From an uncultured Solirubrobacteraceae bacterium (GTDB taxonomy: Bacteria > Actinomycetota > Thermoleophilia > Solirubrobacterales > Solirubrobacteraceae): a DNA stretch of 64,000 nucleotides. The position numbers were made by a program, and so were the translations under genes. Below are positions 1-8,747 of this stretch, in pieces (the stretch's first letter is position 1; every line of letters begins with the position of its first letter). Where the stretch lies: the NCBI GenBank assembly GCA_964588985.1, contig CAZPQW010000003.1:121393-185392 (forward strand), written 5' to 3'. Under the pieces are notes generated by a model that did no database searches, had not been told where the DNA came from, and was given only the letters and a program-made list of their open reading frames with translations.

Positions 1-174
1 GAGGACGGCGGATCGAAGGCGCTCCCCGGAGGACCGCTCGACCCTCACCCGCGCGCGCCGCTGCCCCGCAAACCGCGGCGCGGGCCGCACGGCTCCCCCA
101 GCCTGCCGCCTCCCGCGCGGGTGCGCACGACGGCGCGCAGCCGCAGCCGGCTCCCGGTGCGCGTCTCCCACTAG
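1..174 (+). CDS. possible 3' end of a CDS entering from the left edge (Pro/Arg-rich tail)
   Basis: Frame 1 is open from base 1 to TAG at 172-174 and converges on the next gene; no recognisable motif. Confidence 0.3.
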   Translation, partial: EDGGSKALPGGPLDPHPRAPLPRKPRRGPHGSPSLPPPARVRTTARSRSRLPVRVSH

Positions 175-198
175 CGCTCGCCGCCCGACGCGCTCTGC

Positions 199-720
199 TC
201 AGCGCTTGGCGCGGCTGGTGTTGCGCTTGCGCGACTGGCGTGCGGCCTTGGCTTTGGCGCGTCGCTTCTGGAGCAGCAGGGCGCGCTCCTTCGCCGCACG
301 GATCTCCCGCTCTTCGCTTTCGCCCTCCGTCGCCGGCGCCACCCTGCGCGCGTCGCGCGCGATCACGAAGCCGATGCCCAGGAGCAGCAGGATCGCCGCC
401 CCGCCGGCGAGCAGGATCGTGCTTTTCGAGTTGGTCGTTTCGGTGGTTTTCGTCACACCGGTCGCGGTGGAGGCGGTCGAAGCCGTGCTGGACGTCGATT
501 CGGGGGTTTCCGAGGACCCTTTGAGCGCTTCGCTGAACGCGCCCGGGTTGGGCGTGGCCGCCGTACCCGTGGTGCTCGTCGTGATGCTCGGCTTGCTCGC
601 GGCGGCGGCGCTCGCGCTCGACGCGACGGACATCGCGAGCAGCAGCACGGCCACCGTCAGAGACAGCAGACGCAGTCCCGCGCGCGACCCCGACGATGCC
701 AATGGCGACGAACCCCTCAC
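199..720 (-). CDS. secreted/membrane-anchored Ser/Thr-rich hypothetical protein
   Basis: C-terminal part of ORF 199..2226, from GTG 720: signal peptide (LRLLSLTVAVLLLAMSVASSASA), Thr/Ser-rich linker, TM helix (ILLAGGAAILLLLGIGFVIA), basic tail. Confidence 0.7.
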   Translation of the reverse strand: MRGSSPLASSGSRAGLRLLSLTVAVLLLAMSVASSASAAAASKPSITTSTTGTAATPNPGAFSEALKGSSETPESTSSTASTASTATGVTKTTETTNSKSTILLAGGAAILLLLGIGFVIARDARRVAPATEGESEEREIRAAKERALLLQKRRAKAKAARQSRKRNTSRAKR

Positions 721-819
721 GCGGCGAGCATACCGGCTGGGCGGTCTCGGTTCGAACGCGCGCACGCCGCATTCGCGAGCATCCGCGCCGCGGGCGCTCA
801 AACCATAGAATGGCCGCCG

Positions 820-1413
820 ATGGCACCCAAACAACGTCAGGTCAAGATGGAGCAGCGCGGCGCCTTCGAGGCGATCCAGGCGCTGGAGCAGCGCAGCGAC
901 GAGGAGCTGGAGGCCGAGACCAAGTTCAAGTCCGCCGCGATGGCGATCCTCGGCGCGCGCGCGTCGGAGCGCTTCGACGCGGAGGCCGCACGCGGCTACT
1001 TCCAGCGCGCGATCGCGGCCGCCCGCCCGCAGGAGCGGATGCAGATCAGGCGCATGGCGGACGCCTCGCTCGCGCTCGCCGAACGGCGCGCCGGAGACCT
1101 CAAGCAGGCGGTCGAGCGCCTCGGTCAGGCGCCGCCGAGCGGGCGCCAGATGTTCGCGCTGCGCGCGATGGGCCTGCTCATCCCTCCCTCCTCCGCTGGC
1201 ATCCTCGTGCGGATCCGCGGCGTGCTGCTGATCATCGCGCTGATCCTCGTGCTGCTCGCGATCGGCCTCGGCGTCGTCGAGCTCGTGTCGCTGCCGTTCG
1301 GCGGCCTCGGCCTCGCGCCCGGCATCCTGCTGGGACTGTTCGTGATGATCGCCGCGCTCGCGATCGTCGCCGCGATCGGCCGACGCCGGCGCGACAAAGC
1401 CCGCGCTGGCTGA
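820..1413 (+). CDS. hypothetical membrane protein (helical/TPR-like N-terminus, two C-terminal TM helices)
   Basis: ATG start, host-like codon usage, two long hydrophobic segments followed by RRRR. Confidence 0.75.
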   Translation: MAPKQRQVKMEQRGAFEAIQALEQRSDEELEAETKFKSAAMAILGARASERFDAEAARGYFQRAIAAARPQERMQIRRMADASLALAERRAGDLKQAVERLGQAPPSGRQMFALRAMGLLIPPSSAGILVRIRGVLLIIALILVLLAIGLGVVELVSLPFGGLGLAPGILLGLFVMIAALAIVAAIGRRRRDKARAG

Positions 1414-1473
1414 AGACGGCGCAAGCCCGCGAGCAGACCAGCTGATCCCCGCCCTCGCGACTAGGCTAGGCGC

Positions 1474-2427
1474 ATGCCAGCGCCCGTGTGTCTGATAGTG
1501 AACCCCGCCGCCGGAGGCGGTAAGGCCGGCCGGCTCGCGCCCGCCGTGGAGAGCGAGCTGCGCAGGCTCGGGCTGACGGTGCGCCGCGAGGACACCACGC
1601 ACCTCGAGCACGCCCGCGAGCTGGGGCTCGAAGCGGCTCAGGCCGGTGAGACGGTGGTGGCGCTGAGCGGCGACGGCATGCTCGGAGTGCTCGCGGACGC
1701 GCTGCGCGCCGTGCCGGGGGCGACGCTGGGCGTGCTGCCGGGCGGGCGCGGCAACGACTTCGCGCGCGTGCTCGGCATCCCCGACGACGCGGTCGCGGCG
1801 TGCGCCACGGTCGCGGCGGGCGTGGCGCGAGAGGTCGACCTGGGCCTCGTCACGACCGGCGCGGACCACGATGCGGGCGGCGTGGCGTTCGTGGGGATCG
1901 CGTCGTGCGGCTTCGACAGCGACGCCAACCGGATCGCCAACGAAGCGCCGGCGTGGCTGGGTGGGCTGGTGTATGCGTACGGGGCTCTGCGCGCGCTGAT
2001 CTCCTGGCGCCCGGCGCGCTTCGAGATCGAGCTGCAGCCGCAGGGCGAGCGCCACTCCTTCAGCGGCTACACCGTCGCGGCGGCGAACTCGAAGGCCTAC
2101 GGCGGCGGGATGCACATGGCGCCCGACGCGCTGCTCGACGACGGGCTGCTCGAGGTGGTGGTGGTCGAGCGGGTGGGCAAGCTGCGCTTCGTGGCGAACC
2201 TGCCGAAGGTGTTCAAGGGAGATCACGTCAAGCAGCCGTCGGTGCGGGTGTTCCGCGCGCGGGAGATCGCGGTGAGCGCGGACCGGCCGTTCACGATGTA
2301 CGCGGACGGCGACCCGATCGGCGAGCTGCCGCTGCGGGTGAGCGCCCTGCCGGGCGCGGTGCGGATGCTCGTGCCGGCCGGCGGCGAGGCCGACGGGGCG
2401 TTCGCGACGCCGACGGGCGCGAGCTGA
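1474..2427 (+). CDS. diacylglycerol kinase-family lipid kinase (YegS/BmrU/DAGK)
   Basis: Motifs IVNPAAG, SGDG, LPGGRGNDFAR, YGGG, DDGLLEV, ADGD. Confidence 0.92.
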   Translation: MPAPVCLIVNPAAGGGKAGRLAPAVESELRRLGLTVRREDTTHLEHARELGLEAAQAGETVVALSGDGMLGVLADALRAVPGATLGVLPGGRGNDFARVLGIPDDAVAACATVAAGVAREVDLGLVTTGADHDAGGVAFVGIASCGFDSDANRIANEAPAWLGGLVYAYGALRALISWRPARFEIELQPQGERHSFSGYTVAAANSKAYGGGMHMAPDALLDDGLLEVVVVERVGKLRFVANLPKVFKGDHVKQPSVRVFRAREIAVSADRPFTMYADGDPIGELPLRVSALPGAVRMLVPAGGEADGAFATPTGAS

Positions 2428-3800
2428 TGGCGGGCACGCTCGCGGTGAGGCTCGCGCGCGGCGTGGGCGCGCTCTCGCGGATGCGCGGCGGCGGCGCGAC
2501 GAGCGCCCCGGGGAAGGTGCTGATGCGCCTCGCTCCCGATGCGATCGGCGATCTCGGCGGACGGCTGGAGCGCGGCAGCGTGCTGATCTCGGCGACGAAC
2601 GGCAAGACGACCACCGCGGCGCTCACCGCGTCGATCCTGCGGCACGCGGGCATACCGCTGGTGCACAACCAGGCGGGCGCGAACATGGCGGGCGGGATCG
2701 CGACGAGCCTGCTCGATGCGGCTCGCCCCCACGGGCGGATGGCGGGCGAGCTGGGGCTGTTCGAGGTCGACGAGCTGTGGCTGTCATCGCTCGCCGCCCA
2801 GCTGCGCCCCCGCGCGATCCTGCTGGGGAACCTGTTCCGCGACCAGCTCGACCGCTACGGCGAGCTCGACACGATCGCCGAGAGCTGGGAGCGCGTGCTG
2901 GGCGAGCGCGACACGCAGCTGGTGCTCAACGCGGACGACCCGCTGCTGGCGGACCTCGGACGCGAGCACCCGGGCGCGGTGTTCTTCGGCGTGGAGGACG
3001 ACACGCTCGCGCTGGCGGGGATGGCGCACGCGGCCGACGCGAAGCACTGCCGCCGCTGCGGAGCGCCGTATGTGTTCGACGCGGTGTACCTCGGACACCT
3101 CGGGCACTACCACTGCGACAGCTGCGGCCAGGCCCGTCCCCTCCCCTCCGTGACGGCGACCGACTTGAAGCTCGAAGGCGTGCGCTCGGCGCGCTTCACG
3201 CTCCACACCCCCGCGGGCGAGTCGGTCGTGTCGCTGGCGCTGCCGGGCCTCTACAACGTCTACAACGCGCTCGCCGCGGCCGCCCTCGCGACGGCGCTGG
3301 AGATCCCGCTCGAGACGATCGCGGCGGGCCTCACCGCGACGCAGGCGGCGTTCGGGCGCGCGGAGGCAGTGACGCTGTCAGGCGGTCGCGAGCTGCGGAT
3401 CCTGCTGGTGAAGAACCCTGCGGGCGCGAACGAGGTGCTGCGCACGCTCGCGCTCGAGCCGGGCGAGCACGACCTGCTGGGGGTGCTCAACGACCAGATC
3501 GCGGACGGGCGCGACGTGTCGTGGATCTGGGACGCGGACTTCGAGCTGCTGGCGGGGCGCGTGCGCGTGGCGACGTGCAGCGGCAGCCGCGCGGCGGATC
3601 TGGCGACGCGCCTGAAGTACGCGGGGATCGACCCGGCGCGCATCCGCGTGGAGCCCAACCTCGAGATGGCGCTGCAAGAGGCGAGCGCCGACCGGCCCGA
3701 GGACGGCGCGCCGCTTTACGCGCTGCCGACGTACACGGCAATGCTCGCGCTGCGCGAGCTGCTCGTGGCGCGCGGGGAGGCGAGCAGCGCATGGGCCTAG
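2427..3800 (+). CDS. murT: MurT, lipid II isoglutaminyl synthase Mur-ligase subunit (DUF1727)
   Basis: ATG 2427 overlaps the upstream TGA; ATNGKTTT, GANM, EVDE, NLFRDQLDRYGE, CxxC..CxxC zinc finger, LVKNPAG, DGRDVSWIWDADFE, PTYTAML. Confidence 0.93.
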   Translation: MAGTLAVRLARGVGALSRMRGGGATSAPGKVLMRLAPDAIGDLGGRLERGSVLISATNGKTTTAALTASILRHAGIPLVHNQAGANMAGGIATSLLDAARPHGRMAGELGLFEVDELWLSSLAAQLRPRAILLGNLFRDQLDRYGELDTIAESWERVLGERDTQLVLNADDPLLADLGREHPGAVFFGVEDDTLALAGMAHAADAKHCRRCGAPYVFDAVYLGHLGHYHCDSCGQARPLPSVTATDLKLEGVRSARFTLHTPAGESVVSLALPGLYNVYNALAAAALATALEIPLETIAAGLTATQAAFGRAEAVTLSGGRELRILLVKNPAGANEVLRTLALEPGEHDLLGVLNDQIADGRDVSWIWDADFELLAGRVRVATCSGSRAADLATRLKYAGIDPARIRVEPNLEMALQEASADRPEDGAPLYALPTYTAMLALRELLVARGEASSAWA

Positions 3801-4609
3801 CGACCCGGGTCGAGCCCGCCGAAGGCGCTCCCGCGGCGGCGGTCGTGTGGCACGACCTCGAGTGCGGCCACTACCTCGCCGACCAGCCGCTGTGGCGCGA
3901 GCTGGCCGAACACGCGCGCGTCGATGCGCCGGGCGCACGAATCCTGGACGTGGGCGCGGGCACCGGCCGGGTGGCGCTCGACCTCGCGCGCGCGGGCCAC
4001 GCGGTGACGGCGCTCGACCTCGACGCGGAGCTGCTCGGGGCCCTCGACCAGCGCTCCGCCTCCGAGACGCTGACGATCGAGACGGTATGCGCGGATGCGC
4101 GCAGCTTCGCTCTGGGCGGCGATGGCTTCGCGCTGTGCATCGCACCGATGCAGACGGTGCAGCTGCTCGGCGGCTCGGCCGGACGCGTCGCGTTCCTCGA
4201 ACGCGCACGCGCCCACCTGCTGCCGGGCGCGCTGGTGGCGTGCGCGATCGTCACCGAGATCGAGCCGTTCGACTGCGCCGCCGGTGACCTCGGGCCGTCC
4301 CCCGAGGTGGCACGGATCGACGACGTCGAATACGTCAGTCACGCGGTGCGCGTGGAGCTGCACGGACGTGGCTTTCGCATCGAACGCGAGCGGACAATCA
4401 CGCAGATCGATAGATCCTCCCGAGTGGCCACGCCCAAGCGAGCCGTCCACGCACCCGAACGGGAGCGCGATGTGATCGATCTCGACCACGTGAGCGCGCG
4501 GGAGCTGAAGCGCGAGGGACTCGAGGCGGGACTGTCGTATGTGGGCGTTCGCGAGATTCCGGCGACCGATGACCACGTGGGCAGCGCCGTGGTGATGCTG
4601 GGTGCCTGA
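3791..4609 (+). CDS. class I SAM-dependent methyltransferase
   Basis: ATG 3791 lies in the frame of ORF 2777..4609; ILDVGAGTGRVA SAM-binding motif, VTALDLD, ADAR. Confidence 0.88.
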   Translation: MGLATRVEPAEGAPAAAVVWHDLECGHYLADQPLWRELAEHARVDAPGARILDVGAGTGRVALDLARAGHAVTALDLDAELLGALDQRSASETLTIETVCADARSFALGGDGFALCIAPMQTVQLLGGSAGRVAFLERARAHLLPGALVACAIVTEIEPFDCAAGDLGPSPEVARIDDVEYVSHAVRVELHGRGFRIERERTITQIDRSSRVATPKRAVHAPERERDVIDLDHVSARELKREGLEAGLSYVGVREIPATDDHVGSAVVMLGA

Positions 4610-5387
4610 GCGGATTGCCGACGTGTCCGCGGCGCTCCCCCGCCCCAGAGCGCTGCGCGTGTGCGCGCTGTACCCGGACCTGATGAACATCTACGCCGAC
4701 CGCGGCAACCTGCTCGTGCTGGAGCGGCGCTGCGCGTGGCGCGGGATCCCCTTCGAGCTGTCCTCCAGCGGTCTCGGCGAGCATCTCGACGCTGACGCGC
4801 ACGACCTGTTCTACATCGGCGGCGGGCAGGACCGCGACCAGGAGCTGTGCGCGGAGGACCTGATCGCGACCAAGCGCGCGGGCCTGCACGCGGCGGCGGC
4901 GCGCGGCGCGACGATCCTCGGCGTGTGCGGCGGCTACCAGCTGCTCGGCCACTCCTACACGCTCGGCGAGGAGGAGATCCCCGGCGTTGGGCTGCTCGAC
5001 GTGCGCACCGTGCGCGAGGACGGGTCGCGGCTGATCGGCAACGTCGCCATCGAGGTGTCACTGGACGGGGACGCCGAGCGGCCGCGGGTGCTGGCGGGCT
5101 TCGAGAACCACGGCGGGCGCACCCAGCTCGGCGACGGACAGGCTCCGCTTGGGCGTGTGCTGAAGGGGTACGGCAACGACGGGCGCAGCGGACAGGAGGG
5201 CGCGATCACGGCGAACACGATCGGCACCTACCTCCACGGCCCGCTGCTGCCGAAGAACGTGTGGTTCGCAGATTGGCTGATCGCGCGGGCGCTCGGCACC
5301 GGGGCCGGCGAGCTGGCGCCGCTGGATGACGAGCTCGAGCGCGAGACGCACGCGAGCGCGCGCCAGGCGGCGGGGCTGTCCGCCTGA
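4602..5387 (+). CDS. gatD: GatD, type 1 glutamine amidotransferase subunit of lipid II isoglutaminyl synthase
   Basis: LYPDLMNIYADRGN, GGGQD, GVCGGYQLLG (catalytic Cys), GFENHGG, TYLHGPLLPKN; in an operon with murT. Exact start uncertain. Confidence 0.92.
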   Translation: MPERIADVSAALPRPRALRVCALYPDLMNIYADRGNLLVLERRCAWRGIPFELSSSGLGEHLDADAHDLFYIGGGQDRDQELCAEDLIATKRAGLHAAAARGATILGVCGGYQLLGHSYTLGEEEIPGVGLLDVRTVREDGSRLIGNVAIEVSLDGDAERPRVLAGFENHGGRTQLGDGQAPLGRVLKGYGNDGRSGQEGAITANTIGTYLHGPLLPKNVWFADWLIARALGTGAGELAPLDDELERETHASARQAAGLSA

Positions 5388-5413
5388 CGCGCACGCTGCT
5401 CACGGCATGAGCG

Positions 5414-5983
5414 TCATTTCCATTCGACCGATCCGGCTCCACTGGCGAGTGCGAGCCACCACACGTCTTCGACCGTGCCTTTGCTTTCTTCCGCGTATTC
5501 GCAGGTTGCGCCCGTGCCAAAAGACGTCATGCTCGTCACAAACCACGTCATCGCGACCGCATTGCCCATCTGTGTGTATTTCATCGACGAAAGGTGCTGG
5601 TTTTTCGACGACGGCCATGTCATCAAGCACCCGGTGGCTTTCAGCGTCATCGTACGCACGAGGCTGACGCTGCCTTCGGCGTTGAACTCGTATTGCGCCG
5701 GCGAGAGCGTGGCGGCGAGGCCGAAGGCTTTGCAGCCGGAGTACTGCACGGTAAAAGCGGTCGTTTTGGCGGATAACGCCGCTTCCCCCGCGGTCAACTT
5801 TTGAACCGAGCATTCGATCGTGCCAGATTTGTTCACGAGCCTGAGGTTGATTAACGGTTTCAGCGTGAGTAAGCCCATCGCCGTGGCGCTGAATTCGTGC
5901 GCACCGGCCACGGGCATGGTCGTCGAGACGATCGCGCACACCATGACCGCGATGGTGGTAAGTGTTAGCCTGACGTGTGTCAC
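5414..5983 (-). CDS. secreted beta-rich hypothetical protein with 4 Cys (paralog 1)
   Basis: Signal peptide ending AGA-HEF; colinear with 6272..6832 (YSGCKAFGL, PSSKNQ, YAEESKGT, GSVEWK). Confidence 0.8.
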   Translation of the reverse strand: MTHVRLTLTTIAVMVCAIVSTTMPVAGAHEFSATAMGLLTLKPLINLRLVNKSGTIECSVQKLTAGEAALSAKTTAFTVQYSGCKAFGLAATLSPAQYEFNAEGSVSLVRTMTLKATGCLMTWPSSKNQHLSSMKYTQMGNAVAMTWFVTSMTSFGTGATCEYAEESKGTVEDVWWLALASGAGSVEWK

Positions 5984-6151
5984 TGCTCATTGTCCTTTGT
6001 GAGGGGATAGGAACAGCGTGTATAACATCCGACAACGGATGCGTACAGCACGCCGCGACCCGCCGGTCCACAGCCTCGCGTTCACGACGGCCAATCCGCT
6101 CGGTACAAGGGCTTTCACGGCGTGGGCGAGCGAGGACGCAATGCGTCGCGA

Positions 6152-6168
6152 TTGGGAAACGTTCCCAA
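6152..6168. promoter_or_regulatory. palindromic operator-like site TTGGGAA-ACG-TTCCCAA
   Basis: Perfect 7-bp inverted repeat upstream of 5414..5983; resembles LacI-family operators. Confidence 0.4.
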
Positions 6169-6231
6169 CTGACTCCTATGTACGATCCCGGCTCCAGACG
6201 TCCTCCAGCGTGAGGCCCACACGAACGCGCG

Positions 6232-6263
6232 GCGGGCCGCGAGGATCCAACCCCGCGGCCCGC
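6232..6263 (-). terminator. GC-rich hairpin downstream of 6272..6832
   Basis: GCGGGCCGCG ... CGCGGCCCGC 10-bp stem a few bases after the stop codon. Confidence 0.55.
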
Positions 6264-6271
6264 GCGATGCG

Positions 6272-6832
6272 CTATTTCCATTCGACCGATCCGACTCCGC
6301 TCGCGAGACCCAGTAAAGCGGTGTCTAAGAACGTACCTTTGCTTTCTTCGGCGTATGAGCAGGATGCACCTTCGCCTAACGACGTGATTGCGGCGAGATT
6401 CTCTTCCTCCACGATTTCTTTGCCCCTCTGTGAATATTTCACAGTTCCGAGATTTTGGTTTTTCGACGACGGGAAGGTGACAAGACACCCAATCGCTTTG
6501 GCTGTGGTGGTGTGCACGAGGCTTGCGGTTCCGTCGGCGTTGAGTTCATATCTCGCTGGCGACAGCGTCGCCGACAGGCCAAAAGCCTTGCATCCCGAGT
6601 ATTCGACAGTCATCAGCAGTGTTTTGGACGCTAATGGCGCATCGCCCAGGATGAGCTGCTCGCTTTTGCATTCGACCACTCCGCTGGCGCTCCTGAAGCG
6701 GGCGGTCCCAGCCTGTTTGAGCGTGAGTTTGCCCATTTCGGTGGCGTTGAATTCGTGCGCCATCGCCGCTGCCGCCGGCACGGCGCCCAACAGGGCGAGC
6801 GCCAGTGCGATCACGATCTTTGCGTGTTTCAT
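6272..6832 (-). CDS. secreted beta-rich hypothetical protein with 4 Cys (paralog 2)
   Basis: RBS GAAAGG before ATG; signal peptide MKHAKIVIALALALLGAVPAAAAMA; paralogous to 5414..5983. Confidence 0.85.
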   Translation of the reverse strand: MKHAKIVIALALALLGAVPAAAAMAHEFNATEMGKLTLKQAGTARFRSASGVVECKSEQLILGDAPLASKTLLMTVEYSGCKAFGLSATLSPARYELNADGTASLVHTTTAKAIGCLVTFPSSKNQNLGTVKYSQRGKEIVEEENLAAITSLGEGASCSYAEESKGTFLDTALLGLASGVGSVEWK

Positions 6833-7098
6833 GTCTACCTTTCATGGATAGGTTTTCGAGTACCGATTCTCCGATTCACATCCTGCTCGGTGAAATCGAA
6901 TACGGCACAACCTGTTTACCAGCAATTAAGTTAAGCGCATAGGGCTTGTCGCCGGTAAACGTTTCGTAGGTGGGCGGCGGAGATCGTGTTGCCCCCGATT
7001 CCAGGGCTGTTTCGGCTCACGAGATGTACGGGAGGGTGATAGAAACACGTCCGTCGAGCGAGCATCGCGAAGCTCGTTTGCCATACGATCAGCCGCCG

Positions 7099-7425
7099 AT
7101 GGAGTTCTCCGAGTACCAGCAGCTCTCCCGACGCACCGCGAAATACCCGCGCGAGGCGTGGCTCGCCTACCCCGCACTGGGGCTCTCCGGCGAGGCTGGC
7201 GAGGTCGCAGAGCACGCCAAGAAGGCGATCCGCGACGACGGCGGCACCGTCAGCGACGAGCGCCGTGCGGCCATGTCGAAGGAGCTCGGCGACGTGCTCT
7301 GGTACGTCGCCCAGCTGGCGAGCGAGCTCGGCCTCGACCTCGATGAGATCGCGCAGGCGAACCTCGACAAGCTCCTCTCCCGCCAGCAGCGCGGTGTGCT
7401 CTCAGGCAGCGGCGACGACCGCTAA
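7099..7425 (+). CDS. MazG-like nucleoside triphosphate pyrophosphohydrolase
   Basis: MEFSEYQ..., LGLSGEAGEVAEHAKK, ELGDVLWY, NLDKL..R. Confidence 0.9.
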   Translation: MEFSEYQQLSRRTAKYPREAWLAYPALGLSGEAGEVAEHAKKAIRDDGGTVSDERRAAMSKELGDVLWYVAQLASELGLDLDEIAQANLDKLLSRQQRGVLSGSGDDR

Positions 7426-8735
7426 GAAGCTACGGCAAAACGCGCGAAGCGCTCGGCAAGCCTTGCCGGCACCTTGGCGTGCACGCGCACTCCCTCGGCG
7501 GTGTTCTCGCGTGAGAAGTCGCCCGCCAGCTCGTGCAGCTCGGCGAGGCTGCCACCGTCGGCGTAGGGAACGAGCAGATCCACCGAGCGCAGCGTGTGTG
7601 CGAGCTCGCGCTCGATCCGCTCGCCCAGCTCCTCGAGTCCCTCTCCCGTGACACCGCTCACCAGGACCGCGTCCGGGTGGCGCAGGCGCAGGTCCTCGCG
7701 CTGCTCCGCGTCGAGCAGGTCGACCTTGTTGAGCACCAGCAGCCGCGGCCGCTCGCCGGCGCCGATCTCCTCGAGCGTTCCCTCCACCGAGCGCTTCATG
7801 ATCTCCTCCTGCTCAGCGGTCGCGGATGCGTCGAGCACGTGCGCGAGCAGCTCCGCGCGACGCGTCTCCTCGAGCGTCGCTCCGAACGCGTCCACCAGCT
7901 GGTGGGGCAGCTTGCTGATGAAGCCCACCGTGTCGGTCAGCAGGTGCGGGCGACCGCCGATCTTGAGCGTGCGCGTGGTCGGGTCGAGCGTGTGGAACAG
8001 CCGGTCGCGCACACCCACCTCCGATCCGGTCATCGCGTTCAGCAGCGTCGACTTGCCCGCGTTGGTGTAGCCCACCAGCGCGATCGTCGGAAGGGCGGCG
8101 CGCTCGCGCTCCGCGCGCTGCACCGCACGCGTTCCCTTCACGTGCTCCAGGCGTTTGCGCAGCACCGAGATGCGGTCGCGAGCCAGCCTTCGATCCGTCT
8201 CGATCTGCGTCTCTCCGGGGCCCCTCGTGCCGATCCCGCCGCCGAGGCGCTCGAGGTGGGTCCACAGGCCTCGCATGCGCGCGAGGTTGTACTCCAGCTG
8301 CGCGAGCTCCACCTGCAGCTTGCCCTCCGCGCTGTTCGCGTGCGAGGCGAAGATGTCGAGGATCACCGTCGTGCGGTCCACCACCGGCAGGCCCACCGCC
8401 TCCTCGAGGTTGCGCTCCTGGCGGGCGGTGAGCTCGTCGTCGCACGCGATCACGTTCGCGTCGCACGCCTTCGCCTGCGCCTTCGCCTCCTCCACCTTGC
8501 CCGGCCCCAGATACGTGTTCGGATGTGGTGCTTCGCGGCGCTGCACCATCTCCCCCACCACCGCCACGCCCGCCGTGCGCAGGAGCTCCTCGAGCTCGCT
8601 CAGGTCCTCGCCCTCCGCTAACGCCGCCACGCAGAACGCGCGCTGACGCGCGCGCGGCTCGGACTGAGACCCATCGCCCGCGTTTGCCGCCGGTCGTGGG
8701 GTGACGGCGCTGCGGCCGCTGCGAGATTTATCCAT
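7422..8735 (-). CDS. hflX: GTPase HflX
   Basis: QERNLE, DIFA, EGKLQVELAQLEY, GIGTRGPGETQIETDRR, GYTNAGKST, TLDPTTR, DTVGFI, NKVD. Confidence 0.97.
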   Translation of the reverse strand: MDKSRSGRSAVTPRPAANAGDGSQSEPRARQRAFCVAALAEGEDLSELEELLRTAGVAVVGEMVQRREAPHPNTYLGPGKVEEAKAQAKACDANVIACDDELTARQERNLEEAVGLPVVDRTTVILDIFASHANSAEGKLQVELAQLEYNLARMRGLWTHLERLGGGIGTRGPGETQIETDRRLARDRISVLRKRLEHVKGTRAVQRAERERAALPTIALVGYTNAGKSTLLNAMTGSEVGVRDRLFHTLDPTTRTLKIGGRPHLLTDTVGFISKLPHQLVDAFGATLEETRRAELLAHVLDASATAEQEEIMKRSVEGTLEEIGAGERPRLLVLNKVDLLDAEQREDLRLRHPDAVLVSGVTGEGLEELGERIERELAHTLRSVDLLVPYADGGSLAELHELAGDFSRENTAEGVRVHAKVPARLAERFARFAVAS

Positions 8736-8747
8736 TCCCCGTTCAGT

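Noticed and set aside
1800-4609. Apparent long N-terminal extensions of murT (from 1800) and the methyltransferase (from 2777)
   Set aside because: The extensions are out-of-frame read-through of the upstream genes; coupled ATGs at 2427 and 3791 explain the real starts.
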